Part shown: positions 1-8,115 of the stretch, piece after piece | Position numbering within the stretch: position 1 is the first letter of the stretch | Layout: each line of letters begins with the position of its first letter | Virus record (IMG/VR): IMGVR_UViG_3300042554_001444 | Reading direction: 5' to 3' (one strand) | Source of the DNA: an uncultured virus (IMG/VR IMGVR_UViG_3300042554_001444) | Taxonomy: Duplodnaviria; Heunggongvirae; Uroviricota; Caudoviricetes | DNA: 64,000 bases | Program-made: the position numbers and the translations under genes | The notes under the pieces: generated by a model | Databases searched by the model: none | What the model was told of the DNA's origin: nothing | Seen by the model: only the letters and a program-made list of their open reading frames with translations

Positions 1-1
1 C

Positions 2-1120
2 ACCCGCAGTGGTTCCACGTTGAAGGTGTACATCAACGGCACGGACACAGCCTACAGCGACACCGGAAGTGGATCTTGGTCCGACACTGTAACCAGTACG
101 TTTTTGAACGTCGGAGTCTTTGATGCGAGTGATCTTTTCGTTGGCCGCATCTACCGCGCCGTCGTTTTCAACCGCGCACTGTCCGCAACCGATGTCACCG
201 AGCTTATCACCACCGGCGTGAATCCGGCGGATCAGTGGGGGACGCAGACGGCACTTGTCAGCGGCTCGACGCTGAACGGAGATTTCGAAACTTGGACAGT
301 CGATGGAGTTGCTGGTGTCAGCAACGGAACCGCGACGAGTTGGTCTATTACGTCGGTTGGGGCTGGTAATACTGGCACAAAGAACAGTGTAGCCCCTATT
401 AGTGGAACATTTGATGCACTATTAACCATGGGTGCAACTAGCGGATTAGTGGCCGCCAACGCGTCATCAGTAACGATTCCGCTTGGGAAAAGGGTCAGGG
501 CGGCCATTTCAGCAAAACGACTCAGTGGAGTCGGAGCACTTCAGCTTGTCAACGGGACATCAAACACAGTTGTTAAGAGCATTTCGTTGACGACTGGTTC
601 CACAGTAACCGATTCCACGGAATACGTTTGCGATGGGCCTCGTCCGTATTGGTTGCTGTCAACTACCAACACCGTAGTCCAAATCGACAACGCTATCGTT
701 GAGCGCATCGGCGCAATCGTAGACCTCGACTTTACTGTCGGCACCGGCTACCAAGCCACCGACCGCAGCACCAACAACCTGCACGGCACGCTCTTCAATG
801 GCGTTGAGTTCACGCAACCGAGGCGCATGGCGGTGCTGTACGCGACGACCACCGCTTCTGGCAACACTCAACTCCTCGGTACGCTGGCCATCCCGACCAA
901 TGCAGTCATCGAGGACGTAGTCGTCAACTCAAGCGGATCGGCTACCGTCTCAGTTGGCAATGCTTCCGCCGGCACCCAGATCGTCAATGGCGCATCGGTT
1001 GTCTCTGGCCGACAGAAGCTCACCATCGCCACTCCGTTCAGCACCACCGGCAATCTGTGGGTGGCCAGTTCCGCAGCCGTGACACTCCAATTCACCATCT
1101 TCTACACCATCGCCGCCTAA
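2..1120 (+). CDS. LamG/concanavalin-like virion fibre protein, 3' part (allele A; 5' part is 37179-37639 if circular)
   Basis: KVYING and GRIYRAVVFNRALS LamG motifs, then an NGDFE-type carbohydrate-binding-like domain; paralog of 37179-38741. Confidence 0.8.
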   Translation, partial: TRSGSTLKVYINGTDTAYSDTGSGSWSDTVTSTFLNVGVFDASDLFVGRIYRAVVFNRALSATDVTELITTGVNPADQWGTQTALVSGSTLNGDFETWTVDGVAGVSNGTATSWSITSVGAGNTGTKNSVAPISGTFDALLTMGATSGLVAANASSVTIPLGKRVRAAISAKRLSGVGALQLVNGTSNTVVKSISLTTGSTVTDSTEYVCDGPRPYWLLSTTNTVVQIDNAIVERIGAIVDLDFTVGTGYQATDRSTNNLHGTLFNGVEFTQPRRMAVLYATTTASGNTQLLGTLAIPTNAVIEDVVVNSSGSATVSVGNASAGTQIVNGASVVSGRQKLTIATPFSTTGNLWVASSAAVTLQFTIFYTIAA

Positions 1121-1123
1121 GTT

Positions 1124-1354
1124 ATGGACAAAGAAATTACACTGGAAACAGCTCCACTCGAAATCATCACCTTCGATCCTCCGATCAAGGTTTCGGAGGA
1201 CAAGATCGTCGGTGGCACCGTAGTCACCTCAGCGGAAATTGAGCCTACCGATGCGTCCGGTATGGTCATCGCACGGATCTTGCCCATCGGATTCGTCATG
1301 GGATTCCCGTTCATTGACTCCAACGAAAACAGCATCAGGGTTGCCCTGAGCTGA
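1124..1354 (+). CDS. 76-aa protein linked to the LamG gene (possible fibre chaperone)
   Basis: Near-identical paralog at 38745-38975 with conserved frame. Confidence 0.75.
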   Translation: MDKEITLETAPLEIITFDPPIKVSEDKIVGGTVVTSAEIEPTDASGMVIARILPIGFVMGFPFIDSNENSIRVALS

Positions 1355-1364
1355 TCGTCACGCC

Positions 1365-1538
1365 ATGACAAACCACCACGAAATCCGGGACGGATCAATC
1401 GGCATCGGGTCCGGGCTTACCTCCGCGATCATGGGCATTTTGAGACCCCTTGGTGACGTGGCGTCATCCATCGGTTCAATTGTGACTTGCATCATCGCTT
1501 GTGTGATGCTCTACAGACTGCTGCGAAAGAAAGACTGA
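1365..1538 (+). CDS. 57-aa membrane protein (holin-associated)
   Basis: Not in ORF track; MTNHHEIRDG...IVTCIIACVMLYRLLRKKD, hydrophobic segment with basic tail. Confidence 0.6.
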   Translation: MTNHHEIRDGSIGIGSGLTSAIMGILRPLGDVASSIGSIVTCIIACVMLYRLLRKKD

Positions 1539-1542
1539 CCCC

Positions 1543-1752
1543 ATGAACATCAAAACCACCCTCGCCGGAATCGGCTCTATCCTTGTCGCCGTTGGTTTCG
1601 CTTTGAAGGCGATCTTCGACGGTGACCCTACCACCAACGTGGACATTGGCGCGACCATTGCCCAGATCACAGTGGGCGTGGGCCTCATCATGGCCAAGGA
1701 CGCCAAGCCGACCGGACCGAAACTGCCCGAGCCCACTGAGCCCAAAGCGTGA
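1543..1752 (+). CDS. Putative holin
   Basis: 69 aa, two hydrophobic segments, charged C-terminus, upstream of the spanin-like pair. Confidence 0.65.
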   Translation: MNIKTTLAGIGSILVAVGFALKAIFDGDPTTNVDIGATIAQITVGVGLIMAKDAKPTGPKLPEPTEPKA

Positions 1753-1922
1753 ACTGGATCGAACAGATTATCACCGCCCTGCTGAAGTTCCTCCGCGACC
1801 TAGCCCGTGAACCAAACACCCTCGACAACGCGCAAACTCCTCCAGAGGTTCGCCGTGGTTGGGATGCTTGGATTCGTGGCCGGTTGCGGGACAAGGGCGG
1901 TGATGATCGACCCCAGGGCTGA
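1749..1922 (+). CDS. Putative i-spanin-like partner (57 aa)
   Basis: GTG start overlaps holin stop; MNWIEQIITALLKFLRD; overlaps the lipoprotein ORF; homolog at 39398-39568. Confidence 0.55.
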   Translation: MNWIEQIITALLKFLRDLAREPNTLDNAQTPPEVRRGWDAWIRGRLRDKGGDDRPQG

Positions 1923-2058
1923 CGTGGTCCGCCTTGGGCCGGGAGTGCGTGGGCCGGTTTACGTCTTCGTTGACGGCCGGTGGACGCTGACCCGGAAAGT
2001 CACTTTGCCCGAAGGCTGGTTCGCCGGTCCCGGGCCTCAACCCGAAAACAAACCCTGA
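1807..2058 (+). CDS. Putative o-spanin lipoprotein (start uncertain)
   Basis: Hydrophobic signal with lipobox FVAG-C; homologous to 39477-39692 (VTLPEGWFA vs VKIPAGWYA). Confidence 0.65.
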   Translation: MNQTPSTTRKLLQRFAVVGMLGFVAGCGTRAVMIDPRADVVRLGPGVRGPVYVFVDGRWTLTRKVTLPEGWFAGPGPQPENKP

Positions 2059-2067
2059 AAGAAACCC

Positions 2068-2448
2068 ATGACTGACAGCATGGCCACATTGACGGGCGGC
2101 AAACAGATTGTCGCCTACCACCTCGACGGAACCCAGGAGATCGTGACCCTGCGGCAACTGCCCGTTCGAGCCCTGCCGCAATACCTCGCCACCATCGACG
2201 ACGAGGCCGCCCGACTGGAACTGCTGGCCGACAAGCCGGCGGGATGGGCGGACAAGATCAAGCCCGACTCGCACGTCGAGCTTCTGGAGGCCGGGGAGGG
2301 CCTCAACTCAGATTCTTTTTTCGCGTGGCTCCGTCGCAGAGTGCAACGACAGGAGCAACTGGTGCCGGGCTCAAGCGGAGAGTTGGGCAAGCAAATGCTG
2401 TCAGCCTCGCCGACTGGGTCGCAGAGTGCGCGGTCCGCTGTGGTTTGA
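2068..2448 (+). CDS. Tail assembly chaperone (G-like)
   Basis: Position upstream of the tape measure; overlapped by a -1-frame ORF. Confidence 0.7.
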   Translation: MTDSMATLTGGKQIVAYHLDGTQEIVTLRQLPVRALPQYLATIDDEAARLELLADKPAGWADKIKPDSHVELLEAGEGLNSDSFFAWLRRRVQRQEQLVPGSSGELGKQMLSASPTGSQSARSAVV

Positions 2449-2645
2449 CGCTCGCCCAAGCGGCAGATCACAGTCCGGCCCAGCTTCGACTTTTAGCCGC
2501 CGCGGCTTCGCGCATTGACGCGGGTACCGGGCTGTTGAATCTGCACACAACCTACGCGGCAACGGCCGCAACGGTTGCCAAGGAAGGGCGGACCGTGTTG
2601 GAACGCCTCCAAAAGCAACTGACAAAACAAGCGAAAGGCGGCTGA
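2244..2645 (+). CDS. Tail assembly chaperone T-like segment, probably reached by -1 frameshift
   Basis: Open -1 frame ending 1 nt before the TMP start; no convincing start of its own. Confidence 0.55.
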   Translation: MGGQDQARLARRASGGRGGPQLRFFFRVAPSQSATTGATGAGLKRRVGQANAVSLADWVAECAVRCGLTLAQAADHSPAQLRLLAAAASRIDAGTGLLNLHTTYAATAATVAKEGRTVLERLQKQLTKQAKGG

Positions 2646-2646
2646 C

Positions 2647-5442
2647 ATGGCAGACACGAATCTACGGATCAAAATTGGGATGCAGGGGTCCGCGGACGTC
2701 AACGCGGGCCTCCGGGCCATCGGGACGGCCGCTTCGAGCCTGAAGGCAACGCTGGTCGGCATTGCCGCGTCCGTGGGCGGTCTGGTCAGCCTCGGGGCCG
2801 CGATCCAGCAGTCTGTCAAATTCAACGCCGAATTGGAGCAACAGGGCGTCGCCTTCAAGACCCTTCTGGGTAACGCCGAGGCCGCGAGTCGCCGCATGGC
2901 CGAGTTGGCCCGGTTCGCCGCAGAAACTCCGTTTGAGCTTCCCGAGATCGTCCAGGCGTCCAAGGTTCTCCAGAGCCTGACCAACGGAGCGCTGGCCTCC
3001 GGTGAAGGACTCCGCCTTGTCGGTGACGCCGCTGCCGCGACGGGGCGACCGCTGGAGGAAGCCGCCATGTGGATCGGCCGCTTGTACGCCGGACTCCAGT
3101 CGGGGACGCCCGTGGGCGAGGCTACGCTCCGGTTGCTGGAAATGGGTCTGATCTCAGGCACGACCGCGCGGAGGCTCAACGACCTAGCCGAGTCTGGTCA
3201 GGGTGCCGGTGAAGCAATGACGATCCTGCGGGACACGTTCGGCCGCCTCGGTGGCGCAATGGCTGACCAGTCGCAGACGTTCAGCGGTCTACTTTCCACG
3301 CTCAAGGACACGTTCAACATGGCCCTGGCCGACATCGGCAAGCCGTTGTTCGACGGACTCAAGCAGGGCCTTGAAGAACTCATTCCGGTCGTCGAAGGCC
3401 TCGGGGAGAAAATCTCCGCGTGGGTCTCGATTGCGATCCAGTCGTTCCGCGACGGCCGCCTTTCCGAGTTCATCGGACTCAACATCGAAGCCGGGTTCGA
3501 GATTGGAGTCGGTGCTGCCGTCAAGGTGATGGAAAAACTGTTCGATTGGCTTGGTTCTCCCGAAATGTGGCGGGTCATCGGCAACGGATTGCTGACCGCG
3601 ATCAACGAGGCAATGAAGCTGGCCGGGGCCGCCATGGTTGACTTTTTGTTGGTTCCGTTGGGGTCAATCGCTTCTTACATTGGCAGCGCTTTTTCCTATG
3701 CTTTTGAGGGGGCTGTCAATTTCTTCGCCGGACTCCTTGAAGACGTCATCAACGGGGCGTCTGAAATGCTTGGAAGCTTGATTGGAAAGCAACTCGGAAC
3801 GGTATCGCTACGGAGCGAACGTGTCTTTGCCGAGCCGGACTTCATGCGGTCTTTCGGTGAAAACCAAGAAGGCGGTCAGGTTCTCAAGGAAGTGCTAACC
3901 AAGTTCTTTGACGAATCCACGGCCGCGGGTCGGGAACTGATGGGCGTCGGTGCCGGTCTCTCGATTGGAACCAGCGCATTGGATTCTCTGACGAAACTCA
4001 TCGCCCAGACGATTGCGGCATCAAAGGCCGCAAAGAGTGCTGGAGCCGGTGCGGGTGGAAAAACGACTGAGGAAGAAATTACGCTGATCAACGTAAAGTT
4101 GGAACTTCAGAAGCTCGAACTCGCCTACAACCGGCAGTTGCAGCAAATCAACCAAGCTCGCGGCGCTGTTGAATCGAGTTGGCTGATGACCAACTTGGAG
4201 AAATACCAAGAGAAGAAGCGACTGTTGCAGGGGGAGATTGACCTCATTGGCCGGCAAATCACCGCACTCGAAAAGCTCAAGGCTACCGCGACCGAGGCCG
4301 AGCAGGTGCAGATCGAGCAACGAGTGGTCGGCCTCCAAGGCACAGCGGGAGGAGTCCGAAACCAGATGACTGGCATGGGGCCGGATCCTCAGTCGATGGG
4401 GGAAAACTTTCAGGCCACGCTCATCAATCTTCAAAACCAGTTTGGGACCGTCGCGCAGCAAATGGCAGCGACCTTTGCCGACGTGTTCAACGCTGCGACT
4501 GCATCCATCTCGACGGGAATTCAGGGGTTGATTATGGGGACGATGACATGGGGGCAAGCGCTGCAAAACATCGGTCTTTCCATCGTCAACTCAATCGTCA
4601 AATCGTTCGCTGACATGGTTGCCGGTTGGATCATGTCCCACGTCATCATGAAAGGCGTTTCGACCGCTTGGTCCGGATTCCAGACGATGCTCCGCGGCAA
4701 GGATGTGGCCGAAGCAAACGCCACGGAATTGGCAAAGACCCCGGCATTGGCCGCAAACGCAACGCTTGCGTCGATTGGGTCTTTTGGTGTGGCCGCGGTG
4801 ATTGGAATCGCTGCAATCGCCGGAATTTTAGCGATGGTTGGCGGGTTCAAACAGGGCGGCTACACGGGAGACGGCAACCCCAACGACGTGGCCGGCATCG
4901 TTCACCGTGGTGAATTTGTTGTCCCAGCCAACGCTGTGGACAAAATCGGGTTGCCCGCTTTGCAGTCCATAACGTCCAAGGGGATGGTTGCTGAGACTCA
5001 GGGACTTGATTTAGCTCAATCACTCTCTGCGTTTCAGTTGGGAGGTTACACTGGAGATGAAAATACCAACGACCTCGCAAACGTGGATCGCATCGGACTG
5101 TCCAGCCTCAATGTCCTGACAATGGTTGGCGGGTTCAAACAAGGCGGCTACACGGGCGACGGCAACCCGAACGACATGGCTGGTATCGTTCACCGAGGCG
5201 AGTATGTGGTCCCTGCCGACGCTGTGGATCGCATCGGACTGTCCAGCCTCAACGCGATGGCTTCCGGTGGCGTATCTGATGCCGGTGCCTTCACGTCGCC
5301 GGCCGCCCCGGGTCCGATCACCCTCAATATGGGGGTCTTCGATAACCCTGCCCGGCTTAACGATTGGGCGAAATCGAACGAGGGCCGAACGGTTCTGGTG
5401 GACATTATGCGGCAACACGCTCACGAGTTCTCCCGCGCATGA
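2647..5442 (+). CDS. Tape measure protein
   Basis: 931 aa, Ala/Gly-rich helical; LARFAAETPF N-terminal motif; C-terminal GGYTG...AGIVHRGE motifs. Confidence 0.92.
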   Translation: MADTNLRIKIGMQGSADVNAGLRAIGTAASSLKATLVGIAASVGGLVSLGAAIQQSVKFNAELEQQGVAFKTLLGNAEAASRRMAELARFAAETPFELPEIVQASKVLQSLTNGALASGEGLRLVGDAAAATGRPLEEAAMWIGRLYAGLQSGTPVGEATLRLLEMGLISGTTARRLNDLAESGQGAGEAMTILRDTFGRLGGAMADQSQTFSGLLSTLKDTFNMALADIGKPLFDGLKQGLEELIPVVEGLGEKISAWVSIAIQSFRDGRLSEFIGLNIEAGFEIGVGAAVKVMEKLFDWLGSPEMWRVIGNGLLTAINEAMKLAGAAMVDFLLVPLGSIASYIGSAFSYAFEGAVNFFAGLLEDVINGASEMLGSLIGKQLGTVSLRSERVFAEPDFMRSFGENQEGGQVLKEVLTKFFDESTAAGRELMGVGAGLSIGTSALDSLTKLIAQTIAASKAAKSAGAGAGGKTTEEEITLINVKLELQKLELAYNRQLQQINQARGAVESSWLMTNLEKYQEKKRLLQGEIDLIGRQITALEKLKATATEAEQVQIEQRVVGLQGTAGGVRNQMTGMGPDPQSMGENFQATLINLQNQFGTVAQQMAATFADVFNAATASISTGIQGLIMGTMTWGQALQNIGLSIVNSIVKSFADMVAGWIMSHVIMKGVSTAWSGFQTMLRGKDVAEANATELAKTPALAANATLASIGSFGVAAVIGIAAIAGILAMVGGFKQGGYTGDGNPNDVAGIVHRGEFVVPANAVDKIGLPALQSITSKGMVAETQGLDLAQSLSAFQLGGYTGDENTNDLANVDRIGLSSLNVLTMVGGFKQGGYTGDGNPNDMAGIVHRGEYVVPADAVDRIGLSSLNAMASGGVSDAGAFTSPAAPGPITLNMGVFDNPARLNDWAKSNEGRTVLVDIMRQHAHEFSRA

Positions 5443-7463
5443 TTTCGACAACCTTTGACGGTCAGTCGGTTCTATTGCTGAACGACGCCCCGGACTGGGG
5501 ATCGCCAATCGGGGCGACCTTTGACTTGGTGAGCCAGTTCGAGGAGGGCCTGACTGGCCGGGAAGCTCGACGTCCCCACGCTGCAACCCTGAGGGCAAAG
5601 GTGCGGTTCCGGCTGACAATCCAAGGGACAGACGGCTTCACGCTCAAAAACGCGCTACGGGGCTACCAAGCGCAGCCAATCATTCTTCCGTTCTGGCCGT
5701 TGGCAGAGACATGGGCCAACCGGGCCAACATCGCCGCAACGGGGCTCAAGGTCGCTTACAGGGCCGACTGGTCCACTTGGGAGCTTTACACGACGGTAGA
5801 GCCCGGTTGGGTGTCGGCTGGCGACATGGTTGCCCCAGCATTCTGGGGTCGCTTGGAAGACCGGGAAATGCTCTGGCTCAACGCCACCGTTGCCCAGTTT
5901 GACGTTCAATTCACGGAGACCGGGCCGACCACCTACGCACTGATTCCGACCAGCCAAGTCTTCCAGCCGGGGCCGGGACTTGGCGGATACCCGACCAACC
6001 CGCGCCGCTGGCCAACCGCGTTGGATTGGCGCGAAGTTCCCGAATCGTTTTCCGTCCGAATCATCCGGGAGCAACTGGGTTTTGGCCGGGCACCGTTCGA
6101 GACGATCTACCCTCAGGCGAGCGTCCGAGAAAACCAGTTCAGAACGCTCACTGAGTCATCCGCTGAATGCTGGCGGTTGTTGCGGTTCTTTGCTGACCAC
6201 GGAGCCGGGCGAGCGTTCTGGTCTCCAACATGGCATTCCTGCGCCGTCATGGCCGCCGACCTCGGTGCTGGGTCTTCCGCGCTGTCGGTGCAATCCGCTG
6301 TTGGGATTCAAGCGGGCGATTACCTTGCTTTTGTTCAGGGGACCGGGATCCAAGCAACCTCTCGGGTGTCAACCGTCGTCGGCAACACGGTCAACCTGAA
6401 CAGCAGCCCGGGAGCTTTTGCGGCTTCGGAAACGGTTGTTTCCACGTTGGTCCTTGCCCGGTTCGACAAGCCGCGCATCGGTCTGGAGTTCATCGCAGGC
6501 AGCGTTGCCCAAGGTGCCGTTTCCGTCGTCGAGCTTCCGCCGGAATACTCACCCGCCGCGGACGAGACCCTCGGGACAACCATCGGGCTACTGACCACCC
6601 GTGGCTACATTTACGAGCTTGCCCAGACGATCAAAGGCACAACAACGACGACTTGGCTGACCAGCTACGAGGCCGACTTGACGGTCGGAGCAAACACTTA
6701 CACCGCCCGAAAGATGGACCACGGGACGGTCAAGCAGTCGCTTTTTCTCGACCGAGACGAAATCGAAATCAGGTCCGAAATCGTGGCCGGGGATCCGTTG
6801 GTCAAACTCGCAACCGTCCAGGCCGAAGCTCCGGTCCGGTTGACGATCAAATCGGTGGACGTGTCCGGGACAGCCGGATCAAACGACACCGTGCTTTTCA
6901 CCGGGGACATCATCGGGCTGGCCGTTCGTGGATCACGACTGACCGCAAAGGCCGTGTCCGCGGGGACGGTGTTCGATAGGATTTATCCGCGTTTTCGGAT
7001 GCAGGTCGGATGCAATCACGCGCTGTTCTCGCCCGGGTGCGGTCTGGCCAGCGCTGCGTGGCAATTCACCGCGACCTTAAGCAACCCGGGGACCATCGGC
7101 TTCCCGTTCACCTTTGACCTGACCGGGCTGGGCCGAACCATCGGAAGCGTTCCGACGATCACCGCAGGCTGGTTTTCGGGTGGCTGGGTCGAATTCTTAT
7201 CGGGAGCAAATCTCAGTCGTCGGGCGATCATCGACAACACCGCCGCGGTCTCCGGTGCGCTGACGATCACACTGGCCCGAGATCCGAGCCCGTTTCCGCC
7301 GCCATTCTCCGCCGTGAAACTTTTTCCGGGATGCAACGGAGCAAGGACAACGTGCGTGGACAAGTTCGCCAACTTCCCCAACTTCGGAGGCCATCCATTT
7401 ATGCCGGCAACCAATCCGTCACTGGTCAAGGTTTCGCAGAACATCGGAGGAGGCAAGAAATGA
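5439..7463 (+). CDS. Distal-tail/hub protein with BR0599-like C-terminus (GTA-type tail tip)
   Basis: ATG overlaps TMP stop; CNHALFSPGC and PGCNG..TC..KF.N..NFGGHPFMP motifs. Confidence 0.8.
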   Translation: MISTTFDGQSVLLLNDAPDWGSPIGATFDLVSQFEEGLTGREARRPHAATLRAKVRFRLTIQGTDGFTLKNALRGYQAQPIILPFWPLAETWANRANIAATGLKVAYRADWSTWELYTTVEPGWVSAGDMVAPAFWGRLEDREMLWLNATVAQFDVQFTETGPTTYALIPTSQVFQPGPGLGGYPTNPRRWPTALDWREVPESFSVRIIREQLGFGRAPFETIYPQASVRENQFRTLTESSAECWRLLRFFADHGAGRAFWSPTWHSCAVMAADLGAGSSALSVQSAVGIQAGDYLAFVQGTGIQATSRVSTVVGNTVNLNSSPGAFAASETVVSTLVLARFDKPRIGLEFIAGSVAQGAVSVVELPPEYSPAADETLGTTIGLLTTRGYIYELAQTIKGTTTTTWLTSYEADLTVGANTYTARKMDHGTVKQSLFLDRDEIEIRSEIVAGDPLVKLATVQAEAPVRLTIKSVDVSGTAGSNDTVLFTGDIIGLAVRGSRLTAKAVSAGTVFDRIYPRFRMQVGCNHALFSPGCGLASAAWQFTATLSNPGTIGFPFTFDLTGLGRTIGSVPTITAGWFSGGWVEFLSGANLSRRAIIDNTAAVSGALTITLARDPSPFPPPFSAVKLFPGCNGARTTCVDKFANFPNFGGHPFMPATNPSLVKVSQNIGGGKK

Positions 7464-7912
7464 CACCATCATGGTTCACTGAGGAGCGCATCGAGGCGCT
7501 CGAAGCCGAGGCCGCCACTTGGGTGGGGACGCCGTTTGCGGCCAACTCATCCGCCAAAGGGCTCGGGGTCTCTTGCCATACCCTCGCAGGAGCACTTTAC
7601 GCCGCCGTTGGGTGGGGCGACATTGCCATCCCGGAGGTGCCAATCTCCCACGGGCGCTTTGGGGAGGATTCACTCGCCAACCCATTCTTTGAGGCAATGG
7701 CCGAACGGTTCACCGAGCTTCCGCACAACGCCGAGATCCTGCCCGGGGACGTGTTGGGATTCAGGATCGGGCGCATCGTCCATCACCTCGGGACGGCGCT
7801 CCGCAACGGCCGGTTCATCCACTCGCTTGAGGGGATCGGGACCACCGTGTCCACCATCGAAGACGCAACCTACCGTTCGAGGCTTACAATTATCTGGAGG
7901 CCGACGCCGTGA
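7460..7912 (+). CDS. NlpC/P60 family tail-associated peptidase
   Basis: WVGTPF, GVSC, PGDVLGF, HHLG and FIHS motifs; canonical position. Confidence 0.85.
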   Translation: MTPSWFTEERIEALEAEAATWVGTPFAANSSAKGLGVSCHTLAGALYAAVGWGDIAIPEVPISHGRFGEDSLANPFFEAMAERFTELPHNAEILPGDVLGFRIGRIVHHLGTALRNGRFIHSLEGIGTTVSTIEDATYRSRLTIIWRPTP

Positions 7913-8106
7913 AAGGTGAGTCGCGCAACCAACCGGACCCCGAGATCAACGACGGCAACACCGAGCCCGAGGACTTCTCGACCAACCAAGAGTCGGCCTC
8001 GATTCCGTGGTTCTGTGGTGAGCGCAAACTCGCCCTCCGGTGGATCTCACCGATTTACAACCAGTTCACGAAGGAGGCTCCCCAAGAGCGTCCCGGCAAG
8101 AAATAG
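7909..8106 (+). CDS. Small tail-tip protein (resembles the N-terminus of central-fibre proteins)
   Basis: IPWFCGER motif; in frame with the next ORF across a single TAG. Confidence 0.6.
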   Translation: MKGESRNQPDPEINDGNTEPEDFSTNQESASIPWFCGERKLALRWISPIYNQFTKEAPQERPGKK

Positions 8107-8115
8107 GACAAGACC

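Larger units (their letters stand above)
1..1354 (+). repeat. Copy 1 of imperfect direct repeat (copy 2 = 37640-38975)
   Basis: Exact match over 1-127, near-identical to 250, largely unrelated 251-682, near-identical again 683-1354. Confidence 0.97.

Noticed and set aside
1..1354. Diversity-generating retroelement (TR/VR pair) explaining the duplicated fibre gene
   Set aside because: No reverse transcriptase in the window; differences are mostly synonymous, not adenine-restricted, and include a whole-domain swap
8104..8106. Genome-wide amber recoding
   Set aside because: Genes are intact under the standard code and no suppressor tRNA was seen; only this single site is suggestive
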